Source of the DNA: Octopus vulgaris
Lineage: Eukaryota
Reading direction: 5' to 3'
DNA: 64,000 bases
Assembly: GCA_951406725.2 (NCBI GenBank)
Contig: OX597819.1
Span: 54,684,001-54,748,000, forward strand
Within the stretch, counting starts at the first letter, position 1. Each line of letters starts with the position of its first letter. Below, one piece after another: positions 39,293-53,039 of the stretch. Below the pieces are notes generated by a model. It made no database searches. It was given only the letters and a program-made list of their open reading frames with translations, and was not told the DNA's origin. Position numbers and translations under genes: made by a program.

Positions 39293-39669
39293 TAACAAAT
39301 CTGAAAATATTCTTTTGCAAATGCGTCACGAGGCGGTGTGTACTAAAAGTCTATTTAGCTTTTCCCGATGTAAGCTGAACTTTAAAATTGAAATAGTCTT
39401 CAGATAATGTTGTATGTAGCTTTTTTTAAACTAGTAAATCAGTAATGAAAAGTGAACAAAATTATCAATAATATTAATACGCTAACTTTTTATGTTTGTA
39501 CGTACCTGTTGTGTGCGTCACACTTATTTCTTTGACGTGGCAAAGCGAGAGAAAAAGAGGAGAGACAGGAAGTAAGAGAGAAAGAGAAAGGGATTGAGAG
39601 TGTGAGAGAGAAAGAGGGAGTGAGAGAGAAAGTGAGAAAGTGAGAGAGTGAGAGAGAAAGAGAGGAAGT

Positions 39670-40665
39670 ACCCACCTCTCCTTGGACTTTTACAGGAAGT
39701 CCTTCATCCCCTTGCTCGGATGTTTCCAGGAAGTCCTTCTCCACTCCCCGGACTTTCATCAGGAAGTCATCTTCTCCCTCCTCGGACTTCTCCAGGAAAT
39801 CCTGGCCTTCCTCCACCTCCTCTCCTCCCCTCCCCTCCTCCATTATCTACTTCCTCCCCTCCTCCCCTCCTTGAAATTTCCCAGGAATTACCCACTCCTC
39901 GGACATTTCCAAGAAATCCTTCCCCCCGTCCTCGGACTTTTCCACGAAGTCCCACTCAACCCATTCCTCAGACTCTGTACCATTCACACCCTCCTCAGAG
40001 TTTTGCAGGAAGTCCCACTCAACCCCTCCTGGGACTTTTCCAGGAATTCCTTCTCACCCCCTCCTCGGACTTTTCCAGGAATTCCTCCTCAACCCTTCCT
40101 CGGATTTTCTAGGAAGTTCTTCCTCTTCTCCTTGGAATTTTCCAGGATGTATTCACCTCTCTCGGACTTTTCCATAAATTCCCTCCCATCTCCTCGGACT
40201 TTTCCAGAATGTCCCACTTACCCCTCTTTCTTTTCCAGGAAGTTCCACTCATACCTCTTCCTTGGACTTTTCCAGTAAGTCCCCATCACCCGCTTCCTTG
40301 GACTTTTCCAGGAAATCCTGCCTCCTCTTCCTTTCGTTCTCGGACTTTTCCAGGAAGACTCACCCCTCCTCAAACTTTTCCAGGAAGTTCTACTCACCTC
40401 CTCCTCGTACATTTCCAGGAAGTACTATTCAGTCCTCCTCGGACTTTTCCATGAAGTCTTTACGCCCTTGGTCTTTTCCAGTAAGCTCCATTTATCACTC
40501 TCCTCGGAATTTTCCAGAAAATCCCACTCACCCATCCTCGGACTTTTCCGGGAATACCTTCTTCCCCTTTCCCTCCTTCCTTCGAATTTTCCAGGAAGTA
40601 CCCATCCTCCTCCTCAGACATTTCTAGAAAGTGCTTCCTCTCCTTCCTCCCCCTCTTCGGACTTT
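39670..40665. repeat. Degenerate ~30-40-bp minisatellite with conserved core CTCGGACTTTTCCAGGAA and C/T-rich variable linkers
   Basis: Roughly 25-30 units visible by eye. Confidence 0.9.
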
Positions 40666-40817
40666 ACTGTAGTTTTATGGAACTGCTGCTCCTGCGGCAA
40701 AATCTGAGACCTTTACTAGTTCTGTTATGGAACTGCTACCCCTCTGGCGAAATCGGAGACCGTTAGTGTAGTGTTATGTAATTGCTGCTCCTGTGGCGAA
40801 ACCTGAGACCGTTACTA

Positions 40818-40820
<3 letters not shown>
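40665..40820. repeat. Three tandem ~47-50-bp units (tagt..ttatggaactgctgctcctg.ggcgaaa.ctgagacc)
   Basis: Directly visible; followed by (TTA)n. Confidence 0.8.
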
Positions 40821-40891
<71 letters not shown>

Positions 40892-41219
40892 CATCATTAT
40901 CATCATTATTCTTCAAGATTTTGTAGTTTGAGGCAAATTTCAACTGCATGTTGCACGGATGTGTGCAGCATTTTGTGGGGAGTTTTCTGTTGTTGGGAGC
41001 GCGTAAACTCTTCCCTGTATTGGATTGTTTTTCTCTTGAGGTGTGGTGCAGTCTTTTGTTATCTTACTGCTTGTTATTATTAATATTATTTTCATTTACA
41101 CTCAACAGATTAGATTGTTGGAAAAGAGAAAAAAATCCTAACATCGGGCTGCAACAAGTATCCTTAAATGCCAAGGACCCTCCTAAGTATCCTAACTGTC
41201 CCTAATAACACTGTTTTCT

Positions 41220-42990
41220 GGAATTGTACTAAACTGGGTTTTATGTCTTCCCTCTGTGCATCTGTTCAGATCTTTAGGGATCTCAATGCACCTATAACTA
41301 CTGAGATACATTTCACCCGCACTTTCTGTAATTCAATGGTTTAGGTCCTGGTATTTTGCTATTTTTTCAATATTTCTCATATTAATGTTTTCATCATTTG
41401 GGACTGTAAGGTCAATTACCTGGAACTTTCTATTCTCATTATCTACTACTACCAAATCAAGCCTTCTAGCTTCTATTACTCTGTCAGTCTGAATGTTGAA
41501 GTCCCACAACATCTTATATTTCTTACTTTTAGTACTTTATCATCATCATCATCATCATCATCATAAAGGAGGTGAGCTGGCTGAACCGTTAGCATGTCCA
41601 ACAATATGTTTTGCGGCATTATGTCCGTCTTTATTTTTCTGAACTAAAATTTCCGGTGAGGTTGATTTTACCTTTCACCCTTTCGGAATCGGTAAAATAA
41701 GTACCCGTAACGTACTGGGGTCAATGTTATCGACTAAGCCCCCTTCCACAAAATTTCAGGTCCATAGTAAAATAATGGATTGTTGTTATTCAATGCTGAC
41801 TTGTGGAGTTATGTCGAACGCCTGTTGTAGCTTGTAAGACGGATCCGGTTGTCGACCGACTCCATCGTGAAGGTCGTCTCGCCATCTTCTTTTGGCCGGG
41901 AAGGGCGGGCAGTTTTTCTCTGGCTGTGGCTATGGTGAAAGAGGTTATGTGGTAGACACAACTAAATGGGCTGAAGACAGGCACTTTCCTCTTCGGTCAA
42001 GCTCACATCAACTTGTTTTTCAGGTTCTATTTGGAAAAGAAAGTGAGGGTGGAAGGGGAGATGCTTTCTCCCAGTAAATTTGTTGAAAAGTGGATAAATG
42101 TAGCGAGAGTGGTCCGATTGAACTAACTTACTCTAAACATGCACCTGTAGACTGGAATTTACGGAGGGGAGAGGAGCATTAACCATAGGGTTCCTTAGTT
42201 CTCCTCAATTTTATTGTTTATAATTTGAAGAGACAATAAATCTCAAAACTGTAGAATCCTTCTTATGATTCTTGCAGAACACAGGATAATCCTTTGCTGC
42301 AGATCGACAATGTGAGTCCCAATTCCAATACCTTTCAGTCTCTTAAATAGCATTTTGTGTGTTGTACCAAGTGTACCAGTTACCTCAGGAGTAATTATCG
42401 TCTTAGCCCAGAACATCCTCTTCAGCTCTCACAATATTTTTCATTTCCCGACTCTAGTATTATAGGGAATTTAAAAGTTTATGATCTTATACTGTTTGTT
42501 CATTTGAGCCTCTGTAATCACATCTTGTTTCAATAGTATGATGAATCTTTATGGAAATTCCTGTCACATTCTGTAATCCTTATTCTCTCTCACGCCTCTG
42601 GTTCGTGATAACATCACTTTCCTGTTATTTCGAAGCCACACATTCGGCCAACATCTCAAGGCAGTCTTTTACATGCAAGGTCATGCCTGCGTTTATACTC
42701 TTTTTGTGCTAGCTTACTGCATTCATTCAAGAGATGACCGATACTTTCGCCTCCGTCCCTGAAGATTCTACAATTCCTGTCTGACTGAAGTTTGTCGAGC
42801 TTTACCTTTATCAGTTTCACCATAAAGGATCGTTCCTGAGCAGCTGTAATTGGCACTTCGGCTTCAAGTATAAGTTTTCCGTCCGTCAGTCATGCCAGCG
42901 TCCTTTACATTTAACATCCTTTGTTTGTTGTATGAACTGGTTATGTAATCCCTTTCCTTTCCATCTACTCTCTCTATTTCAAGATTTCTT
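41220..42990 (-). mobile_element. Two decayed R4/Dong-like RLE LINE 3' fragments (~41220-41540 and ~42240-42990)
   Basis: CRIF..ESIGHLLNECSKLAQKEYKRRHD zinc-knuckle/RHD motif; LWDFNIQTD..ARRLD endonuclease motif. Confidence 0.7.
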
Positions 42991-42999
42991 GCCAATAGA

Positions 43000-43560
43000 G
43001 AAAGAACCGGTTTAAACCTAGATCCAAGGTTCCTTCATTGGAATTTCGACATCAACAACAGGGTAAGTGTATGTATGTATGTATGTATGTATGTATGTAT
43101 GTATGTATGTATGTATGTATGTATGTATGTATGTATGTACGTATGTAATGTATACGTGCAGATTTGTATGTTTTGTTTTATGCGTGCCTTCTCATGCATA
43201 TACTTGCATATCTAGAATGCTCATATATACTTAAATGATAAACTTCTGGAAAGTTTTAAAGATTTTTACAGTTTCAGTGATAGCTTGGACCTGTAGTCTT
43301 CGAATCTTTCTCCTTTGTGGTTTTGAGAAGCCTAATTTCTCAAGATTGGTATTTAGGCAGTGTGTTACATATCCCAGGGCCCCAATTGTTACAGGTATAA
43401 ACCTGAACTTGTAATCTGTTTTGAGTAACTGCAGATTTCTCAATGGTTCAGCGTAGGTAATCTCTTTTTCACTGATCTTCAGCTTTGTATGTTAACATCC
43501 GCTGGGCAGGTGATTTCCACAACTATACACAGTTTCTCTCTTCTATCCCAAATCATCATA
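43000..43560 (-). mobile_element. R4/Dong-like LINE 3' end associated with (TATG)n
   Basis: FIPVTIGALGYV..KFII*; same family as 8905-9275. Confidence 0.75.
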
Positions 43561-43984
43561 TGTACGTACGTACTTATGTATGTATGTATGTATGTATGTA
43601 TGTATGTATGTATGTATGTATGTATGTATGTATGTATGTATGTATGTATGTATGTATGTATGTCTTAGAATGTGTAAGTTTGTGTGCCTGCGTGTGTATG
43701 TAAATAGAAAACACATTTTCCTTCAAACGTGGTATGTTAAAAACATCACTATGTTCAAGTTTGATTTTTGGAATTAAGGAATATTGTTTTTCATACTTCG
43801 TTATTAGTCCCTTATGGTTCTTTCGGCAGTACAACGTACCTAAATCCATTTAGCTGACGTATCAAGTAATTTCACAATCTCGTTTTCTAATGAATCTCTT
43901 ACAATAGCATATAGCCCGCACGTTCTTGAATTAATCGCAAAAGGGTTTTGTGAAAACTTTTATAACCGAAAAAAACCCCCTTAA

Positions 43985-44377
43985 TCTCTCTCTATATAAA
44001 GCTGAAGTTGTCTGTGTATGGCAGGTTTGGTAGCCTTCAACTAACACTATCTCCTCCGAGACTCTGCGGCGCAAGTTGACCAAAGTTGAGAGCATGATAG
44101 AAGAAGGCTTGCTCTTCATTTCGTAGAAGAAAAAATTTCAAATCGGACCATGTTAACACCAAAAATTATTTACATAAAAAATCTGCTTTTTTTCTATGAA
44201 AATCCCTATTTTTTTTACGATTTTTTGACTGCTGTGTTGCCATTTTTCGGTGTATTTCAACCAGAAAAATGTTCACTTAAAGAGAATAACAAGCTACATA
44301 ATGCAAAATTTACTTTTCAAAAATTCCCATTCTAAAGGGTCGAAACAAACCCGAGCAACGCCGGGCGATGCTGCTAG
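43985..44377 (+). mobile_element. Non-autonomous Helitron
   Basis: 5' A|TC start, 3' GC hairpin cccgagc-aac-gccggg, then CTAG|T terminus. Confidence 0.75.
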
Positions 44378-44829
44378 TTTAGACTTAAAATTATGTAACG
44401 ATGACTCCTGGTATCATGACGGTTTTTTTTATACGTGTGACATATTTGTGTTCAATTTAGGGCTGTGATTTTCTATTAGTAGAGCTTCAATTGACATTCT
44501 AATTTCTTCTGTGGAATGCTTTTGTAATAATTGTATCGATGTCAACTGCTGTTTTTCTATCCAATTATATTTTGCTGGAAGTGAATTAACTTTACATAGT
44601 CAAGCAGTTTTATATACAAAGCTGACTATTTTGTAAGCAGCGCGATATGATTTATCAGGACAAATGTGACAGACAAGTCTAAATATGTAATAAAGTCAAT
44701 ATTCCGACCATTTTCTCAAAGCATTAAAGATGTAAAGAAGAAAAAAAAAGTGTTAGAGAAATACCATTGGTTTCAATTCTAGATGGTTAGCGTGATGTAA
44801 ACATATCATCAGTTCCTCTAAACAATAAC

Positions 44830-45640
44830 TGTTCTCTGCAAATACACACACATGTTGAGAATCTCTTGTGGATTAGTTCTATACAATTTCTCTCTTCATA
44901 ACACTAATATCAAGAAGTCTTCTTTTGAACGTGACCCGAGCATTACCGTCAGCAGCAATTTGCGTTGGACAAAGCACATCTCTAAAATTGTTAAGAAGGC
45001 CGAGGGTGTCTTGGCATCACTCAGAAAGACCTTTGTCAGCCGCTCTCCAGCTAACTATTTAAGGCTGTATATGGCTATGGTGCGGCCACACTTTAAATTT
45101 GCGTCACCAGTCTGGAACCCCTATCTTGCTCAGAACAGTGACCTCCTGGAAAATGTTCAGAGACGTGAAACCAAGCAAATACGCTCCATAAAACATCTAT
45201 CATACTCTGAATGCCTTGCTTCCCTGGGCATAGATGCATTGAAGCTCCGACGTCTGGCAACTGGCCACAAAATTTTTGACCATCGTGCCAATAACCACCT
45301 TGAGCACCCTTTTGAACTCCATGTGTCTAACACACATGGGCATGCCTACAAAGTCAGAAAACAGCACAGCTCCCATGGCTTTCGGAAACATTTTTTCACG
45401 CTCAGAGTTGCTGAAGCATAGAACAAACTATCTGCATCTGCTGTTAGTTGCCAAGACATTGTATTCTTTAAAACCTCCATATTTCCTGGAATTTGCCAAC
45501 ACTATACCTCAATACGCATGCACATATGTATATCATAATTCATACACTGTTCACTTCCCTGACTTTTGTACATTATTCTAAATATTATGTATAAAGCAGT
45601 GAATTGTGTATTGTCATTGCCAGGATGTGGACAACAAGAA
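44830..45640 (+). mobile_element. CR1/L2-group LINE 3' fragment
   Basis: ORF 44852..45421: LYMAMVRPHFKFASPVWNP..LENVQRR..THGHAYKV..RKHFFTLRV. Confidence 0.85.
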
Positions 45641-47250
45641 GCAGTCAGTACGAGAAGATATAACTGAATGGCATGCACCTTTGATGAGTTATAGTGCACC
45701 TGAGCATTATACACAATATTTTCATTATTATAATTACAATTATCTCGAATTTTGGTACACTTACGATTTCGTATCGCAAGGGCGATCACTCTTCATATAC
45801 TGTTCAGTACAAAGTAGAAGGCCACCCTTGGTTCTGACAATTACTTTTTCGAAAGGAGTGGAGGATTGGCCGAATCATGAAAGCATCGGGAGGAAAAAAG
45901 AATAGTAGGCAGTATTTATTCAGGCTCTTAACGTTCGAATTCTGCTGTGGTCTAATTTGCATTTAACCTCTCCGGGGTTCACCAGATAAAGTACCAGTCA
46001 AGTACTGGAATCGATGGTATTAATGGTATCGGCAATTTTCTTTCTTCAAAATTGCTGACCTTACGACTAAATAAGAAATTATTAAATTTTCTGAAAATAG
46101 TTTTAAAATGGGAGATAACAAGTCCAATTCATCTTCGCATGCTTAGGTGTGCAAATGCACAAATATGCGGGTGCTTGAAAATATGTTCTTTCGATAAGTC
46201 TGATTTTCTTTAACGGTTCCAACAGAGATCCCCGTGTCTTTTAAAAAGTTGCAAAAGTTACCATCCCGCTCCAACCGTGGCAATCTAGTCCAAATGGCCT
46301 TCATACATTTTCGCACCGTTATATCAATTCAGATTAAATGCGGATTGTAGGTGTTCACACAAAAAGGGAGGTCACTCTTGATAACCTATTTCAATGCCGA
46401 AAGGCGCACCCTATCGTCATTTTTAATTTCTTTCTTTTTCCTGTGAAAATATCTTCAAAATTTGAATTAACCTGCGCATTCATGGGTGCGCTGACACATG
46501 AAAACGTATTCTTTATTAAGCCCACATTTCTTTTAAAACAATGCCAACGGTTACTATTCCTTTTTTTAAACATATATTTATAAGCGTTCCAATTATGACA
46601 ATCCAATCTTTTTCAAAGCGTTCTAAATCTAATTACCCAATACATTTCAGCATCAAACCGTGATAATCTTGCATTTCAAACGCCATCATCTCTTTTTTCT
46701 TTAAAGCTACAATCTCCCCAAAGCATACCCTACCATCGTTTTTATTTTCCCTAGTCTAAAGGACACATTTGATAATGTAGTCCAGGGTACAATATGCCTG
46801 ATGAATAAAAGCCAGGATGATCATGGCTGAGAATCCTTTGATTATCGATCAGTTTAATCTGAACTGATCTGCGACAGTTTCGCATATATGTGTGTTCTGT
46901 TGCTTTCTAACGTGCAAGAAAAGGGTGTATTTCTCCTCAGGACAACATCGTTGCTAATAACCCATAGTTGCATTGGAAAACAAACATAACTTTAAATGCG
47001 ATCCCAAAAATAATAGTTGGGATGGTCATAGATGGAACGACTCGGATAAGGAGCTGATCTGAGATTAAATAACAATGATAACTAGCGACGGACTCATCCC
47101 AACTAACAAGGAATCCTCTAGGTGGTCACTGGATCTGCTAGAAATAACTATCAAATCGTTACTAAAACACTTTTTTATCGAATTTGTCGCTAGTTATTAT
47201 TATTGTTTTGTTTCAAGTCAGTTCTAATCCAGCTGACATGCGGTTTAAGA

Positions 47251-47386
47251 TAATCTATTCCGAACCATCGCATTTTTATTTTATCTTATTTCACAGGCAA
47301 CGCACTCCAAATTTACATTATCCAATGTACTCTTATATGTATATATGTGTGTGTGTATATATATATAAATATATATACATATATAC

Positions 47387-47458
<72 letters not shown>

Positions 47459-47463
47459 TACAT

Positions 47464-47512
<49 letters not shown>

Positions 47513-47514
47513 TA

Positions 47515-47591
<77 letters not shown>

Positions 47592-47863
47592 GCCTGTCTG
47601 ACATGATAGCTAGCTAGATAGATAAATAGACTGATAGGCGTGGCTGTGTGGTAAAAAGCTTGCTTCCCCATGACATGGTTCCGGGTCCAGTTCCACAGCG
47701 TGGCACCTTGGGCAAGTGTCTTCTACTACCTCGGGTCGACTAAAGCCTTGTGAGTGGATTTGGTAGGTGGAAGCTGAAAGAAGAGTACATTGGATAATGT
47801 AATTTGGAGTGCGTTGCCTGTGAAATAAGATAAAATTAAAATGCGATGGTTAGGAATAGATTA
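47251..47863. repeat. ~83-bp inverted repeat pair (47251-47334 / 47781-47863) enclosing microsatellites and a SINE A head
   Basis: The arms are reverse complements; SINE A runs 47636-47780 and resumes at ~48015-48190. Confidence 0.8.
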
Positions 47864-47905
47864 TATGTATATATATATGTATGTATGTATATATATATGT
47901 GTATG

Positions 47906-48019
<114 letters not shown>

Positions 48020-48218
48020 TTTGTATCTGTGTTTGCCTCCCCATCACCGTTTAACAACCGGTGTTGGTGTGTTGACGTCCCTGTAACTTAGTGGCGCAGC
48101 AAAAGAGACTGAGAGAATAAGTACTATGCTTATAAAAAATAAATCCTTCAAGGCAGTGCTTCAGCATGGCCGCAGTCGAAATGATTGAAACACACACACA
48201 CACACACAGGCACGCGCA

Positions 48219-48280
<62 letters not shown>

Positions 48281-48795
48281 CACGCAGAAAGGTTTTGGTT
48301 AAAATAAGATGAAATAGTTACGTTTATTCCACGGGAACAGCATTAAAGAAATCCTGGCATTTGGAAAACGTTCTTGCGCAACCGCACTCCTGATGAACTT
48401 TATAAGTGCCCGAGTTTAAAGGATTAAGAAAACACATTATATTGAAAATCTTTATTTAAAATCAGATACTGTACAAAAATAATCCATTCCTCAGCAAGTT
48501 GAAAAAATAAAAAGTGGCGCGAGAAAAATATCCAAAATATTTAACAAACTAGAATATGAAACATTCTACTTTATTGCAAGGGAAATAATTCAATATTAAG
48601 AAGTTACCTACCATGGGAAATAAAAGGTTTTCTACCTTCCCAACCATTTTATATATGTATATATCTGTGTGCGTCTGTGTTTGTGTTTGTCCATCACTAC
48701 TGCTTGATAGTTTGTTTACGTCCCCGTCACTTAATGGTTCGACAAGAAGCGACCGACAGAATAAGAAGGAAACTTTAAAAAACATTACTAAACAT

Positions 48796-48970
48796 AGGCG
48801 CAGGAGTGGCTGTGTGGTAAGTAGCTTGCTAACCAACCACATTGTTCCGGGTTCAGTCCCACTGCGCGGCACCTTAGGCAAGTGTCTTCTGCTATAGCCC
48901 CGGGTCGACCAATGCCTTGTGAGTGGATTTTGTAGACGGAAACTGAAAGAAGCCTGTCGTATATATGTAT

Positions 48971-49029
<59 letters not shown>

Positions 49030-49250
49030 TCGTGTGTCTGTGTTTGTCCCGCTAGCATTGCTTGACAACCGATGCTGGTGTGTTTACGTCTCCATCACCT
49101 AACGATTCGGCAAAAGAGACCGATAGAATAAGTACTGGGCTTACAAAGAATAAGTCCCGGGGTCGATTTGCTCGACCAAAGGCGGTGCTCCAGCATGGCC
49201 GCAGTCAAATGACTGAAACAAGTAAAAGAGAGTAAAAAAAAAAGAGAGTA
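48796..49250 (+). mobile_element. SINE family A, full length
   Basis: Head, internal (TA)n/(TG)n and tail agtaaaagag. Confidence 0.85.
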
Positions 49251-49284
49251 AACCCGTCTACTAAAACAAATAAAAGTTAAAAGA

Positions 49285-49336
<52 letters not shown>

Positions 49337-49357
49337 TACATACATACATACATACAT

Positions 49358-49399
<42 letters not shown>

Positions 49400-49420
49400 A
49401 AAGTTTTAATATCACAACAA

Positions 49421-49800
49421 TAGGAAAGTTTTAATACCACAACAAACTGTTTCGTAATTGAAATGTATGTAAATAATTTATATTTTTATATTTCATAATA
49501 AATTACTTAACCGTTTGCATTAATGCAAAGGGCAAAAAATCCCTCAAAGTAATGCACAATTTAAGCTACGTCCTCAGGTGAAAGAAAGTCTTTGTCAATA
49601 AATGAATAAAAATATAAAATAAAACGACTTTCTTTCACTTGAGAACGTAGCTTAAATTCTACATTATTTTGAAGGAGTTTTGCATTTTGCATTTTGCATT
49701 AATGCAGACATGTTAGTAATTTATTTATTATTAAATATGAGATAAATTATTTGCATGTATTTAAGTTACGAAACAATTAGTCGTGATATTAAATTTTTCT
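49421..49800. repeat. Diverged palindrome with a long-stem-II hammerhead motif in each arm
   Basis: + arm: TCAC-TTGAGAA-C-GTAGCTTAAAT...ATTTAAGTTAC-GAAA-CAATTAG-TC-GTGA (49635-49786); minus arm core CTGAGGA. Confidence 0.7.
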
Positions 49801-49899
49801 TATTTTTAAATAAAAATTCATCAAACTATTTCTTTGTCGCTTATGTCTTTATACACTTCTTATCGTTTCCTCTTGCATCGTACTATACGCGACTGCTTA

Positions 49900-51429
49900 T
49901 GTGAGTTTCTCGTTAGGCTTTCGGAAAAGTTTATAAGAGCAGGTGTTCAGGTCTAGGGAAAGGTCTAAAAGATTAACTATAGATAGATTAGTAGCTACTG
50001 TGATTTTAAAGCCTCATTGACAGAAGCTAGAAATGAATTGCTTTCTAAATTTATCAAGGGTGTGACTAACACAGCCATGGGAAATACCCAAACCGTCGGT
50101 TTGGTATAGACCAACGTCGTGAGATGGGTACTTAGATCTCAATGTATTTAATACAAAGACAAAGAGACGCCTATATACATAAACTGTCTTGTCACCCTCC
50201 TGTAATATTCAAAAACCTGATAGCTCATATCATCAACAGCGTGTCTAACCACTCTTTCTCTAAAGAAATTTTCGACAAAGCAGCCCCCTACTATAACAAT
50301 GCCCAAGCCAAATACGTCTTTAAAGATTTATTAGTATATGACTCCTTTAATATTAATCAGAATAATAATAATAGACCAAAAAGAAATTTACTATTTTTAA
50401 ATCTCACAACGAGACTAAGGGAAATTTATTGGTTCGCTCCTCCCTTTTCCCTTAACGTAAAAACTAACTCTGTTAGACAATTTCAGGAAAATCACGGGTA
50501 TAGGAAACTTTCAATATGTGAAATTATCATATAGCTGCTGCCCCAATATGAACAATATCACTACACTAGGCCAACACCAAAAGCCTAAATCTAATTGTAA
50601 TTGTCAAGATCTAGGAACCTGTCCACTTGACCAGCGTTGTATGATTAAATCCATCGTATATGAGGCAGAAGTTACTGCAACGCTAAATGATAACATAATA
50701 GTTAAGAAGAACTATGTCGGACTATGTGAAGGGTAATTTAAAAATTGCTATACTAATAACATAGCTTCCTTTCGACATATGGATAAAGGCAAAGCTACTA
50801 AGTTGGCTACACACGTATGGAGTTTAAAATCTAACGCAACATCGCATACCATAAAGTGGAAAATAATCGAAAAATCCACACCATATGTTAAAGGATCAAA
50901 AAATATAAGCTATGTTTAGCTGAAAGAGCTCAGATCCTTTTCAGATTTAAGATCCCTAACTCACTGCTGAACTCTAGATCTGAATGTTTCAGCGGTTGTA
51001 AACATTCTTGTTGAAGAATTGTGAAGCTGCTCTTGTATCTGATTTATAACTGTACCATAAACTCGAGCCGCTATTTTTTCAGCCTTGTAAATTTATGGTC
51101 TAAGGGAGATAATATTTTTTTCCGCTTTTGCTTCTTCCTGATTTATTTATCGTTTTCCGGTTTTTCAACGTTCCACTTTTTCTAAATACTTCCTTCTCAC
51201 CTTTTCTCGTTTCTTCTCTCATTCCATTTTTAGTTCGTCATGCCGTGCTGATTGTACCTGTTGACTGAACCGAGACATTAGATGTTTATATATATAGTAT
51301 TGTTCCATGATGTTAAGATCAACAAAAAAAACTACTTCATCTGGTGAAAAATAAACATCTAACGTCTCGGTTCAGTCAACAGGTACAGTCAGCACGGCAT
51401 GACGAACTAAAAATGGAATGAGAGAAGAA
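49900..51429 (+). mobile_element. Penelope-like element 3' part (RT thumb + GIY-YIG endonuclease) ending in an inverted pLTR pair (51211-51289 / 51351-51429)
   Basis: YIHKLSCHPP, WFAPPFSLNVKTN, KLSYSCCPNM, CNC..CPLD..C..IVYEAEV, YVGLCEG. Confidence 0.85.
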
Positions 51430-51436
51430 TATACAT

Positions 51437-51785
51437 GAGGTGCAATGGCCCAGTGAAAGTGGGATAGAGATTTCGATTCCCAGACCGGGTGTTGTGAGTG
51501 TTTATTGAGCGAAAACACCTAAAGATCCACGAGTCTCATGCAGGGAGGGGGCGAACCCTGCTGTACTCTTTCACCACAACTTTCTCTCACTCTTTCTTCC
51601 TGCTTCTGTTGTACCTGTATTTCAAAGGGCCAGCCTTGTCACACTGAATCTCCCCGAGAACTGTGTTAAGGGTACATGTGTCTGTGGTGTGCTCAGCCAC
51701 TTGCACGTTAATTTCACGAGCAGGCTGTTCTGTTCCGTTGATTGGATCACCTGGAACCCTCGTCGTCGTGACCGACGGAGTGCCA

Positions 51786-51788
<3 letters not shown>
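51437..51788 (+). mobile_element. SINE family B, long-tail variant
   Basis: Family B head and body followed by (TA)n. Confidence 0.7.
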
Positions 51789-51843
<55 letters not shown>

Positions 51844-53039
51844 TAATTAAAACAAGATTTTTAACATAAGGAGGAAAAGAGTTTTATTCTATGTATTTAC
51901 ATGTATGGAAATAAAATTACAGTAGAAATGTCTTCATACTATAATTTTTCTGAAAGCACATAGATATATTGGTGTCCGTATTCATAAGATTCACGTATAT
52001 AGTACAAGTGAAAAGGAAATATGGAGAAAAAATGATCACATTCTTGTTCGAATCTTTTGTATAGAAAAAGGTTTCACTGAATACATTTTTGTTGGGTTGT
52101 AGCCAAAGGAGATCTTGAATTAGAAGAAAAAATTCATATTTAGATTAATCAGGATCCATTTTACATAGATGTTCATCTGAGTTGGGTAATTTTTCCGTTT
52201 AAAACCATGTATGGATTTTATGCACACACAATAGACGCGCGCATATGATTTACTAGTAATTCCGTATCGTCAAAAATTGCGATAGCTTTGTCCATGATAG
52301 AAAATGACGAATCCATGCAAAACAAGGGAAGAAATCGTTGAAATCAATCACAAATTTTTCTATCTAATGTCTATACGTTTTATTTAAGAGAAAAATATTA
52401 CAGCATTTCATGAATGTGATTACAATAATTCGTATATATAATTTAAAATATTTTGTTGGGCACTGCCGCGGCCACATAGTAAAGAAGTTTGTTTTGTAAC
52501 CACATGGTTCCGAATTCAATCTTAAAGCATTACATTTTGGACGAGTATCTTCTACCATATCATCTGTTTCACTTTTCGAGTGAACTCAAGGATATATAAT
52601 AGACAGAAGCGGTGAGAGGAGGAACACAGAGGAAGTGAGAGAGACAGTAGATACATAGATCGAAAGAAAAGTTGATACATAGATATATTGTTAAATCAAA
52701 GACAACTATAGCAATATTGGATGTCCCTTTCGCTTTTCATTACCTCACGAGGATAAAATTAACTCGCAAGTGGCTGAGTACTCGACAGACATGCATACCG
52801 TTAACGTAGTTCCCAGGAAGATCCACCCTCACACAGAATACGACATGACTGGTCCCTTTAAATTACAGCTACGACTCATTTTGGTCAGCTGAGTGGACTG
52901 GGGCAAGATAAACCTTCAAGTGGTTGGAAGAAAACAAAAAAATATGCTAATTAGAGGCAGGAAAATCTTTTTAGTCATTAGGGTCACTATGGGTGTTAAT
53001 CCGATCCTAACAGTGACATTTGTACTGATAAAACCGATG

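Noticed and set aside
39670-40665. CRISPR-like repeat/spacer appearance and Pro/Ser-rich ORFs
   Set aside because: Repeats are degenerate, spacers are low-complexity and related to each other, there are no cas genes and the context is eukaryotic; this is a minisatellite.
51950-52240. Possible Merlin/ISXO2-like transposase remnant (VKRKYG.., IFCIEKG.., AHTID)
   Set aside because: Motifs are too degenerate to call by eye; needs a profile search.
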